The position numbers and the translations under genes are program-made. 64,000 bases of DNA from Sphyrna mokarran (Eukaryota): assembly GCA_024679065.1 (NCBI GenBank), contig JAGIQG010000006.1, forward strand, positions 72,726,001 to 72,790,000. The letters are read 5' to 3'. How positions within the stretch are numbered: the stretch's first letter is position 1; each line of letters begins with the position of its first letter. Positions 1 to 11,461 of this stretch are shown here, piece by piece. The notes beneath the pieces were generated by a model. It saw nothing but the letters and a program-made list of their open reading frames with translations. It searched no databases and had not been told where the DNA came from.

Positions 1-460
1 TTTCTCATCTGTTTTAAATGGGTGAAATCTTTCTCTGAGATTATGCTCTCTGGCCCTCAACTCAACTGCAAGGGGAAATAATCTCTCAGCATCTACCCTG
101 TGAAGCATCCTGAGAATTCTGTATGTCTCAATAAGATCATCTCTTAGTCTTCTAAACTCTAATGAATACAGGCTCAACTTCTCATAAGAAAACCCCTCCA
201 TACCCGAGATCAACCTAGTGAATCTTTAAGGACTGTCTCCAATGGCAGTATATCTTTCCTTAGACAAAGGGGCCAAAACTGTTCACAGTATTCTAGGCTG
301 TTAGCTAATTAAGTAATCTTTCTTGCGGCGCCTTACTGAATGCAATTTGGAAAAACAAGTATATTACATCTACTAGTTCCTCTTTATCTATCCTCCCCAT
401 TAGTGCCTCAACAAACTCTAATAAATTTGTTTGGCATGATTTCCCTTTCATGAAGCTATG
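1..460 (-). mobile_element. CR1-type LINE fragments (RT pieces joined by an internal deletion)
   Basis: Minus strand resembles the QHGFMKGKSCLTNLLEF/VDVVYLDF region (330-460), followed by the C-terminal region; similar to 10280-10510. Confidence 0.7.
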
Positions 461-469
461 CTCACGTTT

Positions 470-605
470 TAATCACTCCACCACGTTGGCTATGCTTTCA
501 ATTGCCGAGGCTCTAATTCTGAAATTCATTCTCGAAATGTCCACAGTTTTCTAACACTTTTTCTCATTTAAGATGCTCTTTAAAACCTATCCTTTTAACC
601 AAGAG
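470..605 (+). mobile_element. L2-type LINE 3' end relic
   Basis: Motif tttaagatgctctttaaaacctatccttttaaccaag; a similar relic lies at about 31875-32005. Confidence 0.5.
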
Positions 606-668
606 TATAGAACGATAAATGGAAACAAACTAGGAAGAAACAAAATAATCATGCACAATGTAGATGTA

Positions 669-757
669 CAGTAAGTAGTCTCGCAACTCCAGGTTAAAAC
701 CCAGCAGGTTTATTTGGTAGCATGAGTTTTCAGAGCATTGCCCCTTCATCAGATGGG
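669..757 (-). mobile_element. 89-bp Penelope-tail mini-insert with 10-bp TSD
   Basis: TGTAGATGTA at 659-668 and 758-767; similar to 3958-4050; interrupts the Gypsy pol frame. Confidence 0.85.
721..755 (-). ncRNA. Minimal type I hammerhead ribozyme motif (core intact)
   Basis: Reverse complement CAU CUGAUGA A GGGGC AAU GCUCU GAAA ACUC AUG; stem I CAU/AUG; stem II includes GU pairs. Confidence 0.7.
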
Positions 758-3700
758 TGTAGATGTAAGAAGTGATGTTCCAATTAAGTAGCATCCTATA
801 GACTTAACTCACTAAAGTTCAAAAGGAGGCTGAAGCATGTTTTAAAATGATGTCATTGAAGTGAGTTGCAGCAAGTGATCTCATCCAGAGTGATGATAAC
901 TAAACCAGATGATACAAAACAATTGTATATTGACAATAGAAAAGGCAATGCAGTCATAAAGTCAGGTTCATGTTCTATTCCTCAATTGAAGAATATATTG
1001 AGAAGGTGGGACAAGCAAATTTCATTTCTAAACTTAACTTGCAAGAACGATATTGACAGATACCTTTATCTGAAAGAACAAAGGAGATTTCAGCTTTTGT
1101 GACACCAAATGGTCTGCACTAGTTTAAAGTCTTGCCGTTTGGAAAGAAGAATGCACCAGAATGTTCTGAAGATCAACCAATAAGATCATTTCCAGTCTGG
1201 CTAATTGTGCAGTGTATGTAGATGATATGGTGGTTTTCAGTCAGATGTGGAATGAGCATTTGGAGCAGTTAAAGAAATAGTTTGACTTCAGGAAGTGAGC
1301 CTCGTGTGGCTAAATGTGAATTTGCAAAAGCCCAAGTTCTTGGGCCATTCTTACCCCAAGGTCTTAAGACATGGATAGGTGGTCCCACTGATTGTGAAAA
1401 CAAAGGTTATCAGTGAGTTCCCAATATCAAAGATGAATAGGGAAGCACTGAGATCCCTGAGCATGAATGGCTTCTCCAGTGAGTTTGTGCCAAATTTGAG
1501 CAGTGTGTTTGTTCCACTGATAGAATTGCTGAAAATGTAGAGAAAGTTTCAGCGGATGTCTGAGCCTCAGAAGGCATTTGACAACCTGAAGAACTGTTAA
1601 CCACCCAACCAGAGTTCACAACACTGAATTGTACAAAAGTATTCAAGGTGGCCATTGATGTGAGTGTTAATGCTGAAGTGTTAGAAGATGATGATGAAAG
1701 GATAGAGAGACCATTTAGTTACGTTACTAGCAAACCAAATAGTTATTGACAAAAATGTTTGTTGAGAAGGAGACATTAATTTTGATGTTGCCAGCAATTT
1801 ATCAGAGACTATTATTTACTCTGACCATAATTCATTGATATTTCTGGAGGAATTTCAAGATAAGAATGCAAAACTGTTTAGTTGGAATTTATTACTACAA
1901 CCATTAGTTTAAAAATTATATATGTGGCAGAAAGGGAGAAGGTGATTACAAATGTTTCATCTTGACTTTGATGAAAGAAGACTAGAAACATCCAGCGTAG
2001 TAAGAGAAAGACTGAATTGAAATATACTACTGTTATATTTGCATGCTTAGATGTAATAAGATCTATGTAAATGTTTTGTAGAGTACTAATAGTGTGGAAA
2101 ATAGAGGTTTTGAAAAATGAAGCCATCATTTCATATTGGTTCATTTTTAAGGGGGATGGTGTAATATTGCTATTTTGATATATTTCATATTTAAGGTAGG
2201 GTTTCTTCAACAGGCAGTGTTTTACAAGAGTTGATTTTTCTGGTAAATGAGCAGCAGATGCTGAGGTTAATGGCTGATTTTAGCAAGGAATGTGTTACTT
2301 TATAGAATTGATGGACCTTTTATTTAGGTTCTCCTGGGATTTTAGACTAGATAAGCAGGATCATGTCTGTTTTTGATTAGTTTGGTTGTTGGGGCAGACT
2401 CGTGCTTAATGGCAGGAGCTAATCATGCTGGAAAGCCAGTTTCATATTCATTTTAAAAGAAAAACATTGGTACCTGTGCTGCCAGAAGAAAGCAGTGTGT
2501 CTCTCTGTGTGTGTCTTTCTCTTTCTCTCTCTCTCTATCTTTCTCCAGAGGTATTCTGAAAGCTCCAAGACTGTTAATCTAAGTGTGTTTTGCTGACTAA
2601 ATATAAAAAAGAATTGAAGTCTATAAGGGAAATTTTTGCTTCTTTGGAAGTCAGTGATAGATTAACAGTTAAGAATTCTATCTTGTCATGTTTTAAGTAT
2701 TGTTCAGTTGTTGAAGAGTAAGCTAATTTGTTATAGATAAAATGTGTTGTTAAATAAAATTTGTTTTGATAAAAGCCTCCTTCTTTATTAGTGGAATTGC
2801 GCCTGGATTGGAGTGTCTTATCCTCGCTATGCCAATCTAACAAATTGTTGGGGTCTAGTCTGACATCATTATATACCTCTGGGTTTCTGATTTGGTAGTC
2901 TTATAACTATAAGCCCTTAATACTTTCCTTGACCACCCCCCACTCCTCCACATCCCCCGAAGCCATGGATTGTTCTTTCTCACGCTTTTTTGATTTTTAA
3001 TGGAATGTATTTCAATGAACATCTTTCAACCTTTTTCAAAATGTTTTCACTGTTTATTTACCACCATAACTACAAATTAAACTGCTATGAACAAAGAATT
3101 AGAAGCGATCCCAGAGAGGGAACAACAATAGACTGCAAAGACCGAGGGCAATTCCGCTGAGAACCAGAGAAGATGCCAGAGAAACCGCGAAAACTCTACC
3201 AAAGCAGTAAACAATCCAGCAGGGATGAGGGGGAGTGGCAACAGAGAGAGAGAGAGAGAGAAAAACAAGAGTCACCAGAGGAAGGGCAATAAGAAGATAA
3301 ACAATTGCAAGAACAGTTGATTGTCCTGCAAGATCAAGTGCGAAAGGAATGTATAACCATTAAACAATATGAAGAAATGATGACTATCTTAAATGGCAGA
3401 ATTAAAGCAATAAAAGATACTCAAGGTGATCCGACTAAATTACAAGAAGGCTCAAGATGAAACAATTGAGCTTTGCAAAGAGAAGAAAAACCTGTTAACA
3501 GGCCTTCAAACACTCAACAAAATTTCCTTAGGTCAAGGCTTATTCCTCTGGAAGATTACAAAGTAAAGTGAAATGACTTTAACATTACTTTGAACAAACT
3601 GATGAACCAGTTGACAGAGCAAAATACCAAAAACAGTACAATTACCATTGCTGCAATCGTGAAGGATTGAGATGTGGAAGAACTGTCACTTGTCAAGACT

Positions 3701-4015
3701 TATCTCAATTCATTATGTTAGAGATTGAGACGGGGAGTGAGGATAGCAAGTAAAAAATGTATTGTAATTCTCCACTGGAAGGCAGGAAAGTTTTCTTTAA
3801 AGAAGAAAGGGGGATGTTGTTACATTACCTGCATGCCATTGTAATGTAAAGATGCTCAGCAGAACAAGAATTATCATAGGACTGGTGAATAGCATTGCCT
3901 ATGGTATGATGAATAGAGTCATGATATGGAGATGCTGGTGTTGGACTGGGGTAAACACAGTAAGAAGTCTGACAACATCAGGTTTAAGTCCAACCGATTT
4001 ATTTGATAATAAACT

Positions 4016-4049
4016 CACAAGCTTTTGGGATTTCTCCCTTCGTCAGGTG
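4016..4049 (-). ncRNA. Minimal hammerhead motif in PLE 3' pseudo-LTR (G12 mutated)
   Basis: Reverse complement CAC CUGACGA A GGGA GAAA UCCC AAAA GCUU GUG. Confidence 0.7.
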
Positions 4050-6216
4050 AATGGAGAGTTCTGGCCTCAGACAGAGCATATAACAGCACGCACAGTTTAC
4101 AGATTACTGATTAGAATGTGAGTCTTTACAACTAACCTGCTATTCAAGTCTTAAAGATGCCGACAATGTGAGTGGAAAGAGCATTAAGCTCAGGTTAAAG
4201 AGATGTGTATTGTCTCCAGACAGTACAGTCAGTGAGGTTTTGCAAACCCAGGCAAGTCATGGGGTTACAGATAGTGTGACATGAACCCAGGATCCCTGTT
4301 GAGACCGTCCTCCTGTGTGGAACTTGGTATCAGTCTCTGCTCAGTGACTCTAGCTGTTGTGTGTCGTGAAGGCCGCCTTGGAGAATGCTTACCCAAAGGT
4401 CAGAGGCCGAATGCCTGTGACTGCTGAAGTGTCTGCCAACAGGAAGGGAACAGTCTTGCCTGGTGATTGTCGAACGACGTTCATTCATCTGTTGTTGTAA
4501 CATCTGCACGGTGTCCCCAATATGCCATGCTTTGGGACATCCTTTCCTGTAGACAATGTTGGCAGAGTTGCAAGAGTATGTACTGTGTACCTGGTGGATG
4601 GTATTCTCACGTGTGATGATGTCATCCATGTCGATGATCCGGCATGCCTGGCAGAGATTGCTGTGGCAGGGCTGTGTGGTGTCTGGTCACTGTTCTCCTG
4701 AAGGCTGGATAGTTTGCTGCGAACAGTGGTTTCTTTGAGACTGTGTGGTCATCTGAAGGCAAGAAGCGGAGGTGTGGGGATGGCCCTGGTGAGATGTTCA
4801 TCTTCATCAATGATATGTGGAAGACTCCGGAGACGATGTCGTAGCTTCTCTGCTCAAAGGATGTACTGGATGACGAAGAGTACTCTGTCCACTGTGTCCA
4901 GTGTTTGTCTTCTGAGGAGGTCGGTGCAGTTTTTCGCTGTGGCGCATCGGAACTGTCGATCGATGAATTGAGCGCCATATCCTGTTCTTATGAGGGCATC
5001 TTTCAGCATCTGGAGGTGTCTGTCACGATCTTCTTCATCTGAGCAGATGCTGCGTATATGGAGGGCTTGTCTGTAGGGAATGGCTTCTTTAATGTGTTTA
5101 GGATGGAAGCTGGAGAAGTGGAGCATTGTGAAGTTTGCAGTACAGTGAGGTGCTGACGTGACTGTCCTTGGTAGAGATGTGTGTGTCCAAGAATGCAACC
5201 GATTCTGGAGAATAGTTCGTGGTGAGTCTGATGGTGGGGTGGAACTTGTTGATATTTGTTGTTTCGTGATTGTTCACCATGAGTCCAAAGGAAGAAGATG
5301 TCATCGATGTATCTAGTGTGTAGCATCGATTGAAGGTCCTGTGCAGTGAAGAAGTCTTGTTTGAACTTGTGCATGAAGATGTTGGCATATTAAGGTGCAA
5401 ATTTGGTCCGCATGGCTACTCAGTATGTCTGGATGAAAAACTGGTTGTTGAAGTTGAAAATATTGTGGTCCAGGATGAAACAGATGAGTTGTAAAATTGC
5501 ATCTGGAAACCGGCAGTTGTCAGCATTGAGTACTGAGGCCGTTGCAGCAATGCCATCGTTGTGGGTGATGTTGGTGTAGAGTGCCGAGACATCCATTGTG
5601 ACAAGGAGTGCCCTGGTTCACCTGCTCCATCTGTGCTGAGTTTCCGTAAGAAATCCGTAGTGTTGCAACAAAAGCTGGGGTTCTTTGTACAATGGGTTTC
5701 AGGTTGCCCTCAACATAGCCGGAGAGGTTCTCGCACAGGGTCCCATTGCCCAATATGAAGGGATGGCCGAGTGTGTTTGCCTTGTGTGTTTTTGGGAGGC
5801 AGTTGAGATCTCCAATACAGGGTGTACGTGGAACGAGAGCACGGAGGTGCTCTGAAGGTCTGGATCGAAGGTCTTGATCCAAGGCAGCCTTCACAACACA
5901 TGACAGTACAGAATCGTTGAGCAGAGACTGATAGCCAAGTTCCGCACGCATGAGGATGGTCTCAACAGGGATCTTGGGTTCATGTTGCACTCTCTGTAAC
6001 CCCCACGACTTGCCTGGGTTTACAAAACGTCACTTACTGTACTGTCTGGAGACAATACACATTTCTTTAACCTATGCTTAATGCTCTTTCCACTCACACT
6101 GTCGGCATCTTTTAAAACTTGAATAGCAGGTTAGTTGTAAAGACTCACATTCTAATCAGTAATCTGTAAGCTGTGTGTGCTGTTATATGCTCTGTCTGAG
6201 GCCAGAACACTCCATT

Positions 6217-6246
6217 CACCTGACGAAGGGAGAAACCCCAAAGCTT
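6217..6246 (+). ncRNA. Minimal hammerhead motif in inverted pseudo-LTR, truncated at the predicted cleavage site
   Basis: CAC CUGACGA A GGG AGAAA CCC CAAA GCUU followed immediately by the TSD. Confidence 0.65.
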
Positions 6247-6590
6247 ATGATAAACAGAGTAACATTGTAATAGACTTAGTGAATAGTCAAGAATCAGAAC
6301 TCTAAGTAAGCATCCTACCAGCATGAAAAAAATACCATGCATGACCATACATTGGATCTGTGACTAATTAAAAAATTAATGATTCATGTTTAAACAGGCA
6401 ACTCTCAAGATCTCCCCACTGAAACATTTAAAAAACCCGTAGTATAACATACAGCAAACAGCACATTGTGATAGGTTCCACAACATGTTGGTCTAGGAAA
6501 CACCCTCAAAACTCATCTTTTGGGCTATGTTTGCCAATTTGAATTGTCCAATCTACATGAAGATTCAAATCCTCTACAATTATTACCTTA

Positions 6591-6903
6591 TTTAAAGTTT
6601 AAGGTTTATTTATTTCTTAGTGTCACAAGTAGGCTTGTGTATATACACTGCAATGAAATTATTGTGAAAATCTCCTAATCACCACATTCCATCACCTGTT
6701 CAGGTACACTGAGGAAGGATTTAGCGTGGCCAATGCAACTAACCAGCACATCTTTTAGTTGGTGCGGGGAAACCAGAGCATCTGGTGGAAGCCCACTCAA
6801 ACGGGGAGAACGTGCACACTCTGCACAGACAGTGGCCCAAACCGGGAATTGAACCCAGGTCCCTGGCACTGTAAGACAGCAGTTCTAACCACTGTACCAC
6901 TGG
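6591..6903 (-). mobile_element. tRNA-derived SINE (HE1/V-SINE-like)
   Basis: Reverse complement has A box GTGGTACAGTGG and B box GGTTCAATTCC; tail of tttaaag units; homologous to 16362-16636 and 34198-34501. Confidence 0.85.
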
Positions 6904-7333
6904 GTTATTGCTGGGTTAATATCCTGGAATTCTTTAACCAATACCATTCTAAGAACAAAATATCACAAAGATATTATGATTCGACCAGAAATCAAACCAA
7001 ATTTATGTGGCCTTTTCAGTACTGCATATACCCAGTTTCAATTTAATTTTTGTAGTGACATGTGTGCATTATTTTCTTCTGATACTAGCTTTCTGTGCAG
7101 ACAATTAAGGCCAGTTCTGTATTAATTCAGAGTATTTATTTTTTATTTCCATACATAGCTTTTAGCCAATTTGATTGAATCAATTTATGTTTATTGAGAA
7201 ATAATAGAATGCATTTTTCAAATGTAATATGACCAGGTTATAGTATAACTTATTATTGTAAGTATAGATTTTGTTTTATTTTTCCTCTGTTTTGGAATGC
7301 TGTTCATTTAAAAATTTTGTGTTCCTTTTTCAG

Positions 7334-7486
7334 GATCCCACCTCACCACGAGGTAGCCCACCCCACTCACCAAGGGAAAATGGCTTAGATAAATCTCGCC
7401 TGTTAAAAAAGGATGCACCTATAAGCCCAGCTTCCATTGCTTCCTCCAGTAGTACCCCTTCCTCAAAGTCCAAAGAAATGGGTCTA
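7334..7486 (+). CDS. TLE4: TLE4 coding exon (CcN/SP region, [20 protein letters not shown]...SKEMGL); first exon visible in the window
   Basis: ttttcag|GAT acceptor and CTA|gtaagc donor; 153 nt, phase 0-0; translation matches the Groucho/TLE CcN-SP region. Confidence 0.95.
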
Positions 7487-8062
7487 GTAAGCATCATGTC
7501 TACATTTCTATATGAACTCTTCAATTGGAAATTAATGTTAACAGAGGCTCATTCTAATTCAATAAAATTATCATCTTTCACTCCACTCCATTGCTGCTCT
7601 GATGTCTGCCGCATGGAGCTCCTTGTTTCTCCTGTATGACATGGCATCAAATAGTGAAACTTATCATAAGCTTCCTGCAGAAATGAGCTTCAAGAGCAAA
7701 TCAATTAGATATCTCTGGCTTAAAAACTGCAAATTTGAACCAGAGAGGGGAAAAAAACTGCTGGATTGCAAGGTGACTCAGTAACCTTGAAAATAAAAAA
7801 AAATTCTTTGGATGTAAAGCTTCCATGAGAAAATCACAAACAATTTAAAAGCCAGCAATTGGAACAGGCACTGAATTATATACCTGCAGCCAATGTATTA
7901 GTTTCCCAACTCCATGTCCCCCGGATCATTTTCCTGGAAGTGGGCTGGGAAGGGCAGGGCTACCCAAATGCAATCCACAAGTAACCAGTTTAACAAATTA
8001 AAGTTCAATTAAGGCCTATTCTCAGAGACTGATTGGGATCTTCACGATGTGCATATACCAAC

Positions 8063-8173
8063 GTTGGACTGGGGTAAAGCAGAAAGAAATCTTACAATAC
8101 CAGCTTAAAGTACAATAAGTTCATTTGTAGCAAACACCCCAAGCTTTTGGAACACATTCTTCCTTCATCAGGC
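8063..8173 (-). mobile_element. Penelope-tail mini-insert with decayed hammerhead motif
   Basis: gttggactggggtaaa...aagcttttggaacacattcttccttcatcagg; reverse complement CUGAUGA A GGAA..UUCC AAAA GCUU. Confidence 0.75.
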
Positions 8174-8965
8174 AAACTCCCAGCCACCTGATCTTTCTGG
8201 GATCTTCAAGGCAGCCTTCAGGTCTCCAGACACTATGGGGAACAAAGCAGCTGCCGACAGATAGCTTCCCACAGCTCTTTAACCAGGTCTAGAGGCCTTC
8301 CTCACCTTCTAAGTTTCAACCACAATTGCCTTGTGAGAGGATTCCCTGCCCCACCACAACTCTCCCCTCCCCAATGAGGGCCTGGCAGCTAATGATGCCA
8401 TTTTTAAATTTCAAATTCAGAAAGTTTGGAAAACGGGCATCTCCCTTTTGGAAAGCTGTTTGCTTCTGAATGGTATCCTGGATGCTGCTTTTAAGCAGTT
8501 TGTACACGCATTGGCCCTTGAGCTTCAGAGCCCATTTTTCCTCGTCAATTGGACAGTGAATCCACTCTTTGTCCATTAATTGACCATTTTGAGGAAAATC
8601 ACAGAGAAGTGATTACAATGCAGGCTCCTGACCTCCATTTAAGCCTGATCATGGGGTCCTGACAGCCAAAGGCAAAAAGCTGGCCCAGGACTCTGCATCT
8701 TACCTATTAATAGCATGGCATGTAAAATCTGTGATTTGCTTTGATGGAAAAACACATGAAATAAGGTTTTTTTTAAAAAAAGAACTATTGATTTTTGGCA
8801 AAAATAATTTGGCATTTTCTCAATTATAGCTATTGGTGTTATTATTAACATTTTAGATTGGTTGTTGGTCTATGTCATTCACAATGTTAATATATAATAA
8901 ATGATTCTTTGCAGTACAACTTTGGAGTTGCCGTATTGACAAAGCAGTTTTCTGTTTGTGTGTAG

Positions 8966-9098
8966 AACGAGAAATCGACAACTCCAGTGTCAAAGTCAAA
9001 TACTCCAACTCCACGATCAGATGCTCCAACTCCAGGAAGTAATTCCACACCTGGATTGAGGCCGGTCCCTGGTAAACCACCAGGAATTGATCCATTAG
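8966..9098 (+). CDS. TLE4: TLE4 coding exon ([44 protein letters not shown])
   Basis: tgtag|AAC acceptor and TTAG|gtaggt donor; 133 nt; translated by hand because it is absent from the ORF track; TLE4-like SP domain. Confidence 0.95.
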
Positions 9099-9399
9099 GT
9101 AGGTAAATAGTTCCCTATAAACAATTGTCTTTGTGTGCTTTATAATCTTATCCTTGCCTTAGGCATAAATTGCCGTTTTAATGTTGTAGAATCAATTTTC
9201 CATTTCACATGTTTACAGTGACAAAAATCCTGTTACAATCTTTACATGGAAAGATCCTTTACAGGAAGCAAACATAACGTTGTAAGCATTTTGATTTTTG
9301 TTTCCCTCCTCTTGCTCTCCCAGATTGAACAATAGCAGAGATAACTTAAAATTATTTGGAGCTTACAGTCATTAACAACACATGTTTGGTAATTTACAG

Positions 9400-9584
9400 G
9401 CTTGAGGACTCCTATGGCAGTGCCGTGTCCTTATCCTGCTCCGTTTGGAATTGTGCCCCATGCTGGCATGAATGGAGACCTAACAAGCCCGGGGGCGTAT
9501 GCAGGTTTACATAATATCTCCCCTCAGATGAGTGCAGCAGCCGCTGCTGCAGCAGCAGCAGCTGCTTACGGCCGATCTCCAGTG
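9400..9584 (+). CDS. TLE4: TLE4 coding exon ([17 protein letters not shown]...poly-Ala...YGRSPV)
   Basis: tttacag|GC acceptor restores phase 1; GTG|gtgagt donor; overlaps ORF 9402..9620; contains an 11-Ala tract. Confidence 0.93.
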
Positions 9585-9977
9585 GTGAGTGAATTGAGGA
9601 GGCTTTTAATTTTGAATTGACTAAGCTATTTTTATTTTGTCAATAAGAAGACTACTTATTTGAATGAACTTAAGCCAGGAAAACAGTTCAGCTTGTGTCA
9701 ACAGATACTACTGTCGTAAAATATCTGGTTTTTGAACCAGTTTGAATGAGTGAAGCCCACCATAGCAACAAGGCCCATTTAATCATGGATGAGGTGCCAC
9801 TATGGCATAACCTCCTCCGAATAGTTCAGAGAGCAGGAGGGGCTGATGCTGGATTCCTGACTACTGCGAGCATGATGTCATTCGGGCTTATTAGTGAGTC
9901 TTAATTGAAATTCATTATTCCTGAGCCCACCACAATTTAGTGGTGACTGAGAGATTAAATTGAAGCTACACAACTTT

Positions 9978-11120
9978 CATAAGAGTTAGGAGCAAGAGTA
10001 GGTTGTCTGGCCCCTCGAGTCAGGTCAGTCATGCAATAAAATCAGAACAGACCTTTTTGTGGACTCAGCTCTACTTACCTGGGCTCTTGCCAAAACTCTT
10101 ACTTCCTCTGTTGTTCAAAAATCTATCTTTGCCTTCAAACCATTCAATGAGGTAGCCTCAACTGCTTCACTGGGCAAGAAATTCCAAGGATTTACAACCC
10201 TTTGTTGGAGAAATTCCTCCTCAAACCGATCCTAGATCTGCCCCCTCTTATTTTGAGGCTGTGCCCCTAGTTCCAGTTTCACCTGCCAGTGGAAACAATC
10301 TCCCAGCTTCTATCTTATCTATTCCCTTCATAATCTTATATGTTTCTATAAGATTCCCGCTCATTCTTCTAAATTCCAGTGAGGATAGCTCCAGTCTGCT
10401 CAGTCTGTCCTCATAAGCCAACCCTCTCAACTCTGGAATCAGCCTAGTGAATCTCTCTGCACCCCCTCCAGTGCCAATATATTCTTTCTCAAGTAAGAAG
10501 ATCAAAACCATACACAGTATTCCAGCTGCAACATAATTTCCCTGTTTTAAACTCTATCCCTCTAGCAATGAAATTCTATTTGTCTTCTTAATTACCTGCT
10601 GCACCTGAAAACCAACTTCTTGTGATTCATGCACAAGGACTTCCAGACCCCTCTGCACAGCTGCATGCTGCAATTTTTAACCATTTAAATAATAGCCCAT
10701 TTTGCTGCTATTCCTACCGGAATGGATGACCTTACATTTACCAACATTGAACTCCATCTGCCAGACCTTTGTCCACTCAGTTAGACTATCTATATCCCTT
10801 TGCATACTTTCATCATCCTCTGCATGCTTTGCTGTACCACTCATCTTCGTGTAATCTACAAACTCTGATACACCACACTTGGTCCCCAACTCCAAATCAT
10901 TTATGTAAATTGTAAACAATTGCAGTCCGGACACTGATTCTTAAGGTACACCTCTAGTCACTGATCACCAACCAGAAAAACGTTCATTTACCCCTACTTT
11001 TTGCTTTCTGTTAGTTAACCAATCCTCTGACCATGCTAAAACATTTCCCTTAATTTCATGCATCTTTATCTTATGCAGCATCCTTTTGTGTGACATCTTG
11101 TTGAATGCTTTCTGGAATTT
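9978..11120 (-). mobile_element. CR1-type LINE 3' portion (RT, decayed)
   Basis: ORF fragments FQKAFNKMSH, LFTIYINDL..SEFVDYTK and ERFTRLIPELRGLAYEDRLSRL. Confidence 0.9.
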
Positions 11121-11387
11121 CTCATGCCTCCAAATGGTTGCCCAGAAAACCTGGCAAGGGAGCGGGGATCGGGAAGGGGTTGGGGACACTGAAAGGTCAA
11201 GTGGTGGCTAGTTGCATGTCCGGATACCATTTGGATATGCCCCATTGTTTTCTGACCAGTGAATGAGACTCGCGTCAGGCCAATTAATTCTGACCCCCAG
11301 AGACACTTTGTTAAAAAATAAAACTAGGTTTAATGTTTTTGTTAAAATGTGCCAATTCAATTCTAATTTAGTTCTGGTGATTTTTAG

Positions 11388-11461
11388 GTTGGGTTTGATC
11401 CACATCATATACGCGTACCTGGGATTCCACCAAATCTAAGTGGCATTCCCGGTGGAAAGCC
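11388..11461 (+). CDS. TLE4: TLE4 coding exon (VGFDPHHIRVPGIPPNLSGIPGGKP)
   Basis: tttttag|GTT acceptor and CC|gtaagt donor; 74 nt, phase 0-2; translated by hand. Confidence 0.95.

Larger units (their letters stand above)
608..2908 (+). mobile_element. Decayed Gypsy LTR retrotransposon 3' part (RT-RNase H, PPT, 3' LTR about 2160-2908); Gmr1-like order
   Basis: Broken frames give IDNRKGNAV, FKVLPFG, CAVYVDDMVVFS, FKVAID and YSDHNSLIFL; PPT aagggggatgg then TGTAATA at 2160; LTR contains AATAAA and a CT tract and ends ttataac. Confidence 0.85.
3920..6246 (-). mobile_element. Penelope-like retroelement: 5'-truncated RT + GIY-YIG, 3' pseudo-LTR and tail, inverted pseudo-LTR at 5878-6246
   Basis: Fragments LPKTHK, MHKFKQDFF..TRYIDDIFFLWTHG, FLDTHIS and ANIVY..AWHIGDT; 5878-6246 is the reverse complement of about 4019-4382; TSD 3905-3919/6246-6260 (13/15 identical). 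Confidence 0.92.

Noticed and set aside
885-903. agtgatgataac resembling the missing upstream TLE exon (SDDNLVVD)
   Set aside because: Followed by a stop codon and lies within Gypsy pol; the real exon is upstream of the window
6830-6903. tRNA-like A and B boxes (also at 16570-16636 and 34198-34260)
   Set aside because: These are SINE heads, not cloverleaf tRNA genes
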